Shown here piece by piece: positions 1-25,847 of a DNA stretch of 56,515 nucleotides. Source of the stretch: Octopus bimaculoides (taxonomy: Eukaryota); contig NC_068982.1 of assembly GCF_001194135.2 (NCBI RefSeq), positions 162,907,316 through 162,963,830 on the forward strand. The letters run 5' to 3'. The translations under genes were made by a program, and so were the position numbers. The notes beneath the pieces are model-generated. The model was not told where the DNA came from. It did no database searches and saw only the letters and a program-made list of their open reading frames with translations. The first letter of the stretch is position 1, and every line of letters begins with the position of its first letter.

Positions 1-191
1 TAGCTGGTCCCTCTATTGGGTCGACATAAGGCAGGCTCTCTTTCTCCCATTCATTCTCTTTATTAAGCAATCTATCGTAGTGGCATCTCCAGACCTCTTT
101 CTTTGCATCCTCATTTAATGCAAGCGTACCATCATCCATGCGAACACATTTCTCTCCTACAACATCACTATTCTCTCTCCTACACTGTCTT
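1..191 (-). mobile_element. RTE-clade LINE ORF2 fragment (EN-RT linker), cut by the window edge
   Basis: Translates to ...DVVGEKCVRMDDGTLALNEDAKKEVWRCHYDRLLNKENEWEKESLPYVDPIEGPA, homologous to 23860-24020. Confidence 0.85.
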
Positions 192-519
192 TACATATTG
201 TATTGTCTAAGATTAGAAATTGCTATTTTCAGGCATAAAAATGGGTGTGTTGTTTACAGTTGTCTCAAAAAAAAAAAATAATAATAATTAAAAAAAAAAA
301 TCCATTACAATGCAGCATCACTTAATTAACATGAAAATCATGGAAAAATTAATTTCAAGTTATGAGAATTTCATGTTACAGCAACTTTTTCAGGAACACG
401 CTGTTCCCATAACAAGGGGCATTCCTTTATATATATATCTTAAAATTTAGAAAGCTTTTATATATAATAGTGAATTATAAGAATATGAACACATTTCTTC
501 TAGGTTTTCAATGTATGCA

Positions 520-900
520 AAAAGAGTAGCTTTTTGCTAAGAGTTCAGGCTGTTGCTCCATATAAAAAGATTGACTACTGTTGCACAGAAAAAATTCCTC
601 TTCAGGTTGTCTGACAGGGTGAATTGTCAAACAACATCCAGTTTGTTTAGGGCATCCTTTTCAGATGTGACTATCTCAGAATTGAGGCACGTGAAACCAT
701 CAACTTGATTGATGGTGTCTCCTTGATGGTGATGAATCCTTATTGATTGTGATTAATGAACTTGGTTTTACTAGGATTAACAAGTAGTCCAACATCCAAG
801 ATCTAGTAGTAACTACTACTAAATTCAGGCCACGACAGAGAGGATGTTCTTGAAGCCAAGGATTTTGAACTTACAGAGATGACATTTACATATGACCTGA
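520..900 (-). mobile_element. Old, degenerate non-LTR (RTE-like) RT C-terminal fragment, a different family from the main LINE
   Basis: Frame-shifted remnants DVGLLVNPSKTKF and NLKRNFFCATV..YGATAWTL resemble the RT domain 6 and thumb motifs. Confidence 0.5.
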
Positions 901-1606
901 GGAAACACAACTAGATCTCAAAATGCAGGGAAACAGTTGCATAATCGAGTACCTGCACACCTGGAAAACTACATTGCATAGAAACAATTGTAGCAATTTT
1001 ATCTACTCATATACAACAAATGCCTAAATACAAACCTGGAAGTACATATAATATTACTACTGGATAGCACAGGATAAATCTGAAAGTGTGCAAGCTTTAT
1101 ACTGTACTCTACTACATTCCTAACAGAATATACCATAACTATATATATATATACATAGTCACTGTACTATATATATATATATATATACATATAGTCACTG
1201 TCTTTACGTCCATGAAAGTATGGAAAAGTGGATGATTATAATGATATATATATCACAATCATCAGGTGGACAAGATGGAGGAAGGTAGCTTCAATCTGGA
1301 AACCTGGCTTAAATCCTTGCAGTAGAGTGGACTTTGCTAAAGCCACTCAAAATACCAGGTGAATGTGTTAAAACAGGTGACAAATTAAGTCTGCCAAATA
1401 GGCCATGGTGAGAACTCACCATGGCCTACTGCAAGGCAACCAATTAAAGGCTTTTGAAATTTACTCAATCCACAAATGGATGAAAGGTAAATTTGTCTTT
1501 GGCATGATTTGAACAGAAAGCACAGAAAGTTGGAACAAATATTGTAAAATATTTTATCCAACATTCTAACCACTCTGCCAAAATTTAAGAGTAATTATGT
1601 ACTTAC

Positions 1607-15526
<13,920 letters not shown>

Positions 15527-15793
15527 TCTCACCTGCAGATAAATCAGGTATAAAAAAATGAAATCATTCAAATAACAAGAGTAATCATAATTTTTCAGAC
15601 TATTTTACTTTATGTTTAGAGATGTAAAGTTTAAGAAATACACTAAGTTTTAACCAGTTTTGATCTCTAATTTTCCTCAGGCATCTATTTTCTGAATGTC
15701 TACATACTATCAGACTGGATTCAAACTAAAACTTTTAAATTCTAAATTAAGGATTACTTCATATGTATGTGCTATTGAAATCTAAACATTTAA

Positions 15794-15976
15794 CTCTTTT
15801 GTTACCATATTTCTTTTGGAATACACTATAAATAAAATCACTGTCCTTTTTAAACTGGTGTATGGAATATAAAGTAACATAAAATTTTGGAGTAAAGTTT
15901 TCATTTAGATCCCTTTAAAATAGGAAGCTTATTTCATAGAGCCAGGGCAATTTCAGGCAAGTTGGTATAAAAAGGG
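15794..15976. mobile_element. piggyBac-like MITE, TTAA TSD, about 13-bp imperfect TIR
   Basis: ttaa|CTCTTTTGTTACC ... GGTATAAAAAGGG|ttaa. Confidence 0.65.
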
Positions 15977-18900
15977 TTAACGAAAAAAATTATGGTTGAA
16001 TGTTTCATTGGGAAGAATATGTGATAAATACACAAGTTTCCATCAGCTGTTGAGTATAAGATGAAATATTAAATTGATAATAAAACCAACTTTAAAAATT
16101 ACTTTAGATATTATTAAACCTTAGAATATTGTTTCTTCTTCAAAATTTCTTTTTCAAAAATATTTGGGGAAAACAAAAATATTTTAGTCAAGAGAGCTGG
16201 ATTGGGCTCAAATACATGGAGCATTAGAATAATCTCAGTAGAAATAAAAATGCAGTGACAAAAATAGCCAATGTCTAATATTATTTCCATTTTTCTAGCA
16301 TGTACAGAAGACAAGTAAAGTTGTCATTCTCAACACCCTCTCATATCTGCTTTTGATGCCTCCACTTGTTGCCCCACACACTATAGACACTTTTGTGTAC
16401 CTCCATTTCTGCAACATCACTCTCTTCATCCCCTCCAGTCTCACACCCTGCACATCATTTTCCTACCTTCTGATCAATCTACATATATATGTGATATTGC
16501 TGCTCTCCACAGCTCCTGTGTTGCTGCTTGTCACCCCCCTCTTTCCTGAGCCACTTATATCTCTCTATAGTTACCATCCACCACAGCTATGCATTTTTAA
16601 TCACTTACTACATCCACCACTAGTTCAATCTCTAACCATCTGTCACTCTCCTCTCACACTTTTATGAAATTACCCTCTCTTTCTAACTGATCCAATATCT
16701 GTATTCTTTTCATAAGCAACATCTTTTACGTTAAGAGTACATTCTGGCACCCTGTCACCACCATCTTTATCTCCCTTCCAGTTACTCTTACCCATCCTTA
16801 CAGAATGTAGAGTAGCCATGTAACTCCTCAATAGCAAGACACCTATGTCTGTCCTTGTACCACTTAGCTCTCAACACCTGGCATAAAGTCACCTCCTCCT
16901 ACTCAGTCGAAGAAGCTTTTTCCTTTGTCTTGCAAGTTACCTGATGACCTCACTAATACCAGTGTTACAGGGAAAAAAAAGTGGTTGGTATTAGCCAGCA
17001 AAGCCATGCCAAAGCTGACATTTGGGCCTGATGAAACTCTGACTCACTGAACACTGTCAAACTGTTCAACTCACGCCAGCATGAAAAACAAACGTTAAAT
17101 GATGATGATGATGCATCATATCTATTCTTAATTTCTGGAGCAGGTGGACATTTATATATGTAACAACTTATACACATATGTATATACACACACATAAGTA
17201 GCCCTGCATGGCATGTATTATTGAGTGAGAGTGAGAGAGACAGACAAGTTTTGTCACAAGCTGCTTGCAATTTGGATACCGATTTCATTTGCTTTATTTG
17301 ATTACCTCAAGTTTTATCAATACTTTAATCTCTGTATAATCTATGTTGTACCTGAGTTCAATGACTTACAAGAAGTAACTACTACTCATTTTACAGCTGC
17401 CTTTCAAAACAAATAATTTATCAGTTTATACTCTTTTCATTCTATAGCATTTTCTTTAAATGTTCCACATCAATGCACAAGTGTCACAGTTATTCAATAT
17501 ACACACACTTGCTATAATTTAGTTCACACACACACATTAAATTTGTTGTGAATAAAAATCCTTAATTAAACAACTAAACTGTTTTTTATTTTGGTATGAT
17601 TAAAGTCTACACGTGGGACAATATTGCAAAGAATCTACATGTATAAAATGAAATCCACAAGGACCTAAGATTTAATTCCTAAACACATATCTTTAAATTA
17701 TAGATATATACTAGGTTTTTTTAAATATTTGTTTAAAATCAATTGTTGTCACTTGGCCCAGGTCAACTCTGATTGATCATAACTATGATAAACAGCATCA
17801 CATTCTTCATTCAGTATATCCAGGACTACAAACAATCCACACAGTGGAATATATTTTATACCATGAAGATGAGAAGTCTAACATTTTGGATGCTTTTTCT
17901 CTCTCTGAAGAGTAAACACTTGAAATATTAGACTTTTTCCTCACGCCATATAACATATTCCATTTATATTACTTTTTGTTCATGAGAATATCACTAGTTT
18001 CCAAGGACTCTGTTTTATTATAATCTGGTCTACATTTTCAATGTGTCCTTTTTTTAAGGTGATACAGTGTAGCTTGAGGGAGATTTATTTGCTGAAACAA
18101 GTAAAAGTGTAACCTTACAGAAACTATACCAGCTAAACCGTCTCTAAATGCATTAAAAACACTAACATAAATCTGAACACTATTTCAGAAAATTATCCCC
18201 GTTTTCTTTGAGCATATAAAAGACAAATTTAGCTGAACCAAAATGAATAAGACAACCAAAGGTAAATTTGTCTCCTCACTTCTCCATGATTACATTTGAG
18301 AAAAGACTCATACACATCAACAGAAATTTAAAATATCTAGGTCAAATTGAAAGAGGATCATGGAAAAATGGTACATGACATGAAATTAACGAAACTCGAC
18401 ATAAAAATGTTTTTATATATCTTCACGATATATTTACGCACCACACAGTTAAAAAGAAGAAATTCGAATTAGTCATTACTCATTTTGTCCCACTTANNNN
18501 NNNNNNNNNNNNNNNNNNNNNNNNNNNNNNNNNNNNNNNNNNNNNNNNNNNNNNNNNNNNNNNNNNNNNNNNNNNNNNNNNNNNNNNNNNNNNNNNNNNN
18601 NNNNNNNNNNNNNNNNNNNNNNNNNNNNNNNNNNNNNNNNNNNNNNNNNNNNNNNNNNNNNNNNNNNNNNNNNNNNNNNNNNNNNNNNNNNNNNNNNNNN
18701 NNNNNNNNNNNNNNNNNNNNNNNNNNNNNNNNNNNNNNNNNNNNNNNNNNNNNNNNNNNNNNNNNNNNNNNNNNNNNNNNNNNNNNNNNNNNNNNNNNNN
18801 NNNNNNNNNNNNNNNNNNNNNNNNNNNNNNNNNNNNNNNNNNNNNNNNNNNNNNNNNNNNNNNNNNNNNNNNNNNNNNNNNNNNNNNNNNNNNNNNNNNN

Positions 18901-19199
18901 NNNNNNNNNNNNNNNNNNNNNNNNNNNNNNNNNNNNNNNNNNNNNNNNNNNNNNNNNNNNNNNNNNNNNNNNNNNNNNNNNNNNNNNNNNNNNNNNNNNN
19001 NNNNNNNNNNNNNNNNNNNNNNNNNNNNNNNNNNNNNNNNNNNNNNNNNNNNNNNNNNNNNNNNNNNNNNNNNNNNNNNNNNNNNNNNNNNNNNNNNNNN
19101 NNNNNNNNNNNNNNNNNNNNNNNNNNNNNNNNNNNNNNNNNNNNNNNNNNNNNNNNNNNNNNNNNNNNNNNNNNNNNNNNNNNNNNNNNNNNNNNNNNN

Positions 19200-19393
19200 N
19201 NNNNNNNNNNNNNNNNNNNNNNNNNNNNNNCAATCAACATTAATGAGATTTGTCGGTGTTTCCGAACACCCCTTCAAGTCTCACACCTAATAGGAAAGAG
19301 AAACGGTTCGAAAATGGAGACTAAAGCAAAATAAAACAGAAAACCTGAAAGTTTTCGAAAAAAATTTCTATGGTATGAAACACAGAAATATTC

Positions 19394-19444
<51 letters not shown>

Positions 19445-20830
19445 TAAAACGAAGGAAAATATGTATTCTTTTCCTTTGAAAGAAATCTATCCTTTTCCTT
19501 TAGCACTTTAAGAGAGCTTTTCAAAACATCCAGAGATTTGAACTCGGAATGCATGGATGAGGCATTTTGACTGGTATTCTCTGACTCCACTATCTGTAAA
19601 ACCTATAACAAAACTTGTACCATTTTATTTTTACTTTTAGTCACAAATAGATAGACCAGATCAAAAACTAAGATGGGATTTTTAATAGACTGGATAATAA
19701 CACTGAAGACTTTCACTAGAAGTGTATAGAATGAGGACTGAAACTTCATGAGCGCACATTTTTAAACCACATATTTCAATACTCACTGACAACAAATATT
19801 AGATCGATGATTATTATAACACAACCCAACTACGCATTTACAGTGTCATATTCTGTACAATACCTCGAGATCGAGACTATTTGTTATTAGTAGCAGAAAC
19901 AAAGTAAGAAGACAATGACATATATATATATATATATATAACATTATATTTATGTGTGTGTGTGTGTGTATAAGTTGGTCTCAAACGGTCATATTTACAC
20001 AGCTGAACTAATGGCAAAATAGATGAAAAAAATAAGAGCCCAAACAACATTCAAGATATCAAAACAAATTTTTACATCCAACTTATAAAACTAGTATTCT
20101 CAGTCGTTTTCATGACCGAAATTAAAAGTGTTTACCGTTATTTATATCCAAATGAATATAATTGTTGAGGCTATTTACTATAACGCTAATCTAACACATG
20201 CTCTTATTTTCGTGCTCCATGTTTTATTAAGATACGTAATTGGGCTTACAAATGTAACTTTAAATATTATATTCCGGTGAAGTTCGTTTACAGAATAGCG
20301 AAGACAAGACTGAGTGCCTACGCCGTGGATTTGGGATTTTCGCATGTAAAGTTGGCCATGTGTTATTTTAGAAGAGGCAGAGAGAGAATAGAGTAGGTGG
20401 AAGTCTGATAGGAAGATGCAGTGATAATTTAACAAGAACTAGCAGATGAGAAACGGATACATAATTACGACTAAATTACAATAAAATGGTAAATTGTTAG
20501 AATAAGAATATAAAAGGAACTTGCTAAAAACCAGGCTAGCTTTTCAGTTCGGAACGGAACTTAAGAAATACTTATGATTTAAAATAAAAATAGAATAATT
20601 CTTACTATAGCTAAATAGAACAAAACAAAATAACAACGCGTATAAAATTATAAATCAATCATAGAGAAATCGCGGCTTGTAGTGCTATCTGAATAGCATG
20701 CCTAACAAAATTTCTTTTACTGCGACCCGCCTAATCATTTGCCATGTCTTATGCGGCCCGCTTCTCGAGGTTGCCCTTATCTGTTATAAATGTATCATTT
20801 ATGAGTGCGTGTAAACAATGGTTCGGTATT
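19200..20830 (-). promoter_or_regulatory. Candidate WDR5 promoter / non-coding first exon region
   Basis: The ATG exon has an upstream acceptor, so a 5' exon must exist. CpG dinucleotides reappear here after the CpG-poor gene body. A pyrimidine-rich stretch plus ACATGGCC (YY1-like) lies on the minus strand at about 20350-20410. No unambiguous donor was found. Confidence 0.4.
19394..19441 (+). repeat. (TAA)n microsatellite
   Basis: Direct reading. Confidence 0.95.
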
Positions 20831-20842
20831 AGTAGACGACAT

Positions 20843-20899
<57 letters not shown>

Positions 20900-21685
20900 N
20901 NNNNNNNNNNNNNNNNNNNNNNNNNNNNNNNNNNNNNNNNNNNNNNNNNNNNNNNNNNNNNNNNNNNNNNNNNNNNNNNNNNNNNNNNNNNNNNNNNNNN
21001 NNNNNNNNNNNNNNNNNNNNNNNNNNNNNNNNNNNNNNNNNNNNNNNNNNNNNNNNNNNNNNNNNNNNNNNNNNNNNNNNNNNNNNNNNNNNNNNNNNNN
21101 NNNNNNNNNNNNNNNNNNNNNNNNNNNNNNNNNNNNNNNNNNNNNNNNNNNNNNNNNNNNNNNNNNNNNNNNNNNNNNNNNNNNNNNNNNNNNNNNNNNN
21201 NNNNNNNNNNNNNNNNNNNNNNNNNNNNNNNNNNNNNNNNNNNNNNNNNNNNNNNNNNNNNNNNNNNNNNNNNNNNNNNNNNNNNNNNNNNNNNNNNNNN
21301 NNNNNNNNNNNNNNNNNNNNNNNNNNNNNNNNNNNNNNNNNNNNNNNNNNNNNNNNNNNNNNNNNNNNNNNNNNNNNNNNNNNNNNNNNNNNNNNNNNNN
21401 NNNNNNNNNNNNNNNNNNNNNNNNNNNNNNNNNNNNNNNNNNNNNNNNNNNNNNNNNNNNNNNNNNNNNNNNNNNNNNNNNNNNNNNNNNNNNNNNNNNN
21501 NNNNNNNNNNNNNNNNNNNNNNNNNNNNNNNNNNNNNNNNNNNNNNNNNNNNNNNNNNNNNNNNNNNNNNNNNNNNNNNNNNNNNNNNNNNNNNNNNNNN
21601 NNNNNNNNNNNNNNNNNNNNNNNNNNNNNNNNNNNNNNNNNNNNNNNNNNNNNNNNNNNNNNNNNNNNNNNNNNNNNNNNNNNNA

Positions 21686-22955
21686 ACGCCAACCACTCCG
21701 AGAGTGCAGTAGGTGCTTTTACGTGCCACCGGCACGAAGGCCAGTCAGGCGGTACTGGTAACGGCCACGTGGCACTGGCAACGATCTCGCTCGAATGACT
21801 TTTCACATGCCACCGGCACAAGTACCAGGAAAGCAACGCTGGTAATGATCACGCTCGAACGGTGCTCTTAGCGCTTCACTAGTTCAGGTGCCATCACGAT
21901 TTCACTTTCGCTTGCCCCAACAGGTCTTTGCAAGCGGAGTTTAGTGTCCAATGAAGGAAAGGTGCGCATAAATGGGCTGGCTACATCCCTGGCAGAGGCC
22001 TTGGGTTTAGGTCTCACTTGGCTTGCCGGGTCTTCTAACGCACAGCATATTTCCAAAGGTCTCAGTCAGAAGTCATTGCCTCGGTGAGGCCTAATGTTTG
22101 GAGGTCGTGCTTCACCACCTCATCCCAGGTCTTCCTGAGCTTGCCTCTTCCACAGGTTCCCTCAATTGCTAAGATGTGGCACTTTTTCACACAGATATCC
22201 TCATCCATTCTCGCCACATGACCATACCAGCGCAATCGTCGCTCTTGCACACCACAACTGATGCTTCTTAGGTTCAACTTTTCTCTCAAGGTACTTACAC
22301 TCTGTCTAGTATGCACACTCACATTACACACCCATCAGAGCGTACTGGCTTCATTCCTTGCGAGCCTACGCATATCTTCAGCAGTCATGGCCCATGTTTC
22401 ACTGCCATGTACACATGCGTCATACAGTCTGCCTTTTACTCTGAGTGAGAGGCTACTTGTCACCAGCAGAGGTAAGAGCTCTCTGAACTTTGCCCAGGCT
22501 ATTTTTATTCTAGCAGCTACAATTTCAGCGCACCCTCCCACACTACTAACTTGGTCACCTAGATAGCGGAAGCTATCAATTAAATCTAGTTTTTCTTCCT
22601 AGAATGTGACAGAAGTTGTTTTCTGCACATTTTCAGTGCTTATTGCTCCTGAACATCTGCCACATACAAAAACTAACTTCCTAGGCCCTTCGATTCTAGT
22701 CCTTGCTTCCACACCTGAAACTTCTCCTCTAGTTCTGATAGTGACTCAGCAATTAGTGCAAGGTCATCAGCATAGAGAAGCTCCCAGGGGCATCCTGACT
22801 TGAATTCCTCTGTTATCACCTGGAGGACTATGATAAATAGGAGGGGGCTGAGGACAGAGCCTTGATGGACCCCTACCTCTACCCGGAATTCATTACTGTA
22901 CTCATTTCCAACCCTCACCTTACTGACAGCATCTCTGTACATGGCTCGCACAGCT
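21686..22955 (-). mobile_element. RTE LINE 3' portion (RT core, C-terminus, 3' UTR) with an internal deletion; 3' end in a gap
   Basis: GVHQGSVLSPLLF, LLYADDLAL, QERRLRWYGHVARM, GRGKLRKTWDEVVKHDL, followed by 3' UTR modules. Confidence 0.92.
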
Positions 22956-22985
22956 ATATATATATATATATATATACATAAATAC

Positions 22986-23372
22986 GGAGTGGCAGTGTGG
23001 TAAGTAGCTTGCTTACCAACCAAATGGTTCCGGGTTCAGTCCCACTGCGTGGCACCTTGGGCAACTGTCTTCTACTATAGACTCGGGCTGAGCAAAGCCT
23101 TGTGATTGGATTTGGTAGACGGAAATTGAAAGAAGCCTGCCGTATATATGTATAGTTATATGTGTGTTTGTGTGTCTGTGTTTGTCCCCCCAACATCGCT
23201 AGACAACCGATACTGGTGTGTTTACGTCTCCGTAACTTAGCGGTTCGGCAAAAGAGACCGATAGAATAAGTACTAGGCTTACAAAGAATAAGTCCTGGGG
23301 TCGATTTGCTCGACTAAAGGCGATGCTCCAGCATGACTGCAGTCAAATGACTGAAACAAGTAAAAGGGAAAA
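22986..23372 (+). mobile_element. Full-length tRNA-derived SINE with CORE-like central domain
   Basis: A-box-like gtggcagtgtggtaag and B-box-like gggttcagtccc. The segment gcaccttgggcaa resembles the MIR CORE motif gaccttgggcaagt as recalled. 3' tail ...tgactgaaacaagtaaaag. At least 7 related copies in the window. Confidence 0.85.
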
Positions 23373-23389
23373 AGAGTATACATATATAG

Positions 23390-24495
23390 AACACAAGTAC
23401 AAGCTTTTCTGGGCAGGGAACACTGACGGGGTCAGGTGCGTGGGTATACTTCTTGCAAAAAAAGGGGGTTATAAGGTAATCGAGGTAGTCAGAGTATGAG
23501 ACAAAATACTTAAGATTAGATTAGTGCTTCATCATGGGTTAGCAACCATTATCTTGGCCTATGCCCCTGAGCCGGGGCTACCTGATGGACAGAGAGACCG
23601 ATTTTATGACATCCTCTTGCAGACTTTCCTGTTGACGAATGACATGGACCTTCTCTTTGTGGCTGGTGACTTCAATGGATATGTTGGACAACATGCAGGG
23701 TCTTCCATGGTGTACATGGTGGCTATGGCTTTGGTTCCCGCAATGTGGCGGGAACCAGGCTGCTGGAGTTCTGCAAAAAAATTTGCCATTGTTCTCCACT
23801 GCGAGGACCAAAGACTTGAGGTATTTCATGTTGCAAGACACTGTGTGAGAGAAAATTGTGACGTGGTAAGAGAGAAATGTGTCTGCATGGATGATGGTTC
23901 ACTTGCACCAAACGAGGCTGCAAAGAGAGAGGTTTGGAGACGACACTATGAAAGGTTGCTCAATAAAGAGAATGAATGGGAGAAAGAGAGTTCCGAATGT
24001 CGACCCAGCAGAGGGACCAGCTATCCGAATTTACAGTACCTTGGTTGATAAAGCAATTAAGAGTATGAAGACAGGGAAAGCTCCCGGCCCATCAGGAATC
24101 ACTACAGAGATGCTTAAAATTTCTGGCAGTGTCGGCTATAGCCTAGTCACACATATAGTCAATCAGGTGATACATGAAGGAGTCATACCCAATGACTGGC
24201 GAAGCTGCACCATAGTCAACTTCTACAAAGGTAAAGGTGATGCCTTAGATACAAATAATTACAGAAGTATCAAGCTGTGGGATCATGTAATGAAGGTCGC
24301 AGAGAGAATCATAACCCAACTAATTAGGGAGAAAGTCAGTTTAGATGAGATAAAGTTTGGGTTCGTGCCAGGTAAAAGCACCACTGATGCTATATTTCTG
24401 GTAAGACAGCTGCAGGAGAAATACTTAGGCAAAGATAAACCTCTGCACCTGGCTTTCGTTGATATGGAGAAAGCCTTTGACAGGGTCCCCCGATC
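23390..24495 (+). mobile_element. RTE LINE 5' portion of ORF2 (APE endonuclease remnant plus RT N-terminus) with an internal deletion
   Basis: YKLFWAG..., AYAPEPG, VAGDFNG (APE); KTGKAPGPSGI, NYRSIKL, GFVPGKSTTDAIF, AFVDMEKAFDRVP (RT). Confidence 0.92.
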
Positions 24496-24550
24496 ATAAT
24501 ATGAACATATGTTAACATACATAAACAGAGAAAGAATGAGAGAAGGAGCA

Positions 24551-24583
<33 letters not shown>

Positions 24584-24601
24584 CACATTAGAAGTTATTA
24601 A

Positions 24602-24828
24602 CCCTTTAGTGTTTAGTGCTTAAACTGGCCATATCCAGACCAAATATTCTCCCTGTTTTATATGCAAACTGGACATATCTGGTCTTTCACACCTAACTGA
24701 CATTGACCTTCTAAAAATAAACAATCACATCATTGAAACCTGAAAGCGATAAGATAATGCATGATTAATTCAGAACAATTTGAGTGAAAAAGGATTTCAT
24801 TTAACAGTGTAATCTGAATACTAAAGAG
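24602..24828 (-). mobile_element. piggyBac-like TTAA MITE
   Basis: ttaa|CCCTTTAG ... CTAAAGAG|ttaa; reverse complement of 42517-42737. Confidence 0.8.
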
Positions 24829-24862
24829 TTAATTAAACATAATTGCAATAAACAGTTTATCT

Positions 24863-25023
24863 CATGTGTCGCCCGCACATGAGCCAGTCCAGGGGCACTG
24901 GCAACGATCCCGCTCGAAAGATTTCATGTGTCGCCCGCACATGAGCCAGTCCGGGGGCACCGGCAACGACCTCGCTCGAAAAACCTCATGTGTCACCCGC
25001 AAGCCGGCCCAGGGGCACCGATG
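24863..25023 (-). repeat. Three tandem 62-bp units derived from the LINE 3' UTR module
   Basis: catgtgtc unit starts at 24863, 24925 and 24987; reverse complement of the module at 25522-25577. Confidence 0.85.
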
Positions 25024-25038
25024 TATATATATGTATAC

Positions 25039-25080
<42 letters not shown>

Positions 25081-25365
25081 TTGTATGTATATATATATAT
25101 ACATATGAGTGTATATATATATATACATATGAGTGTATATATATATATATGTATATATATATAAACACATATATATATATATATACATATGTATATATAC
25201 ATATATATATATACATATATATATATACATATGTATATATACATATGTATATATACATATGTATATATACATATGTATATATACATATGTATATATACAT
25301 ATATATATATACACATATATATATATACATATATATATATACATATGTATATACACATATGTATA
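25021..25365. repeat. Compound AT microsatellite with a 14-bp ACATATGTATATAT sub-array
   Basis: Direct reading; source of the spurious Y/I-rich ORFs. Confidence 0.9.
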
Positions 25366-25819
25366 AATTCGACGACTGGCACTCATGCCAACATCGTCTC
25401 CTTCATTGGACACGAAACTCAGCTTGCGAAGACTCGTTGGGGCAAGCGAAAGCGAAATCGTGATGGCACCTGTGCCCAGCGTCGCCTTTCTGGTACTTGT
25501 GCACGCGGCATGTGTAAGGACTTTCGAGCGAGATCGTTGCCAGTGCCCCTGGACTGGCTCTTGTGTGAGTGGCACATAAAATACACCATTTTGGGCGTGG
25601 CCTTTGCCAGTACCGCCTGACTGGTCTTTGTGCCGGTGGCACGTAAAAGCACCCACTACACTCTCTGAGTGGTTGGCGTTAGGAAGGACATCCAGCTGTA
25701 GAAACTCTGTCAAATCAGACTGGAGCCTGGTGTTGCCATCCGGTTTCACCAGTCCTCAGTCAAATCGTTCAACCCATGCTAGCATGGAAAGCGGATGTTA
25801 ACCGATGATGATGATGATG
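25366..25819 (+). mobile_element. RTE LINE 3' UTR copy ending in (GAT)n
   Basis: Matches the 3' UTR of 25848-26869. Confidence 0.9.
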
Positions 25820-25847
25820 ATATATATATCTATATATACATATATGT

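Noticed and set aside
22986-23060. Functional tRNA genes (also 55741-55818)
   Set aside because: No complete cloverleaf; each continues into retroelement body sequence.
24863-25023. CRISPR-like array
   Set aside because: Eukaryotic context, no unique spacers; the units derive from the LINE 3' UTR.
24862-25749. 295-aa and overlapping Y/I-rich ORFs
   Set aside because: Translation of a stop-free AT microsatellite plus LINE 3' UTR.
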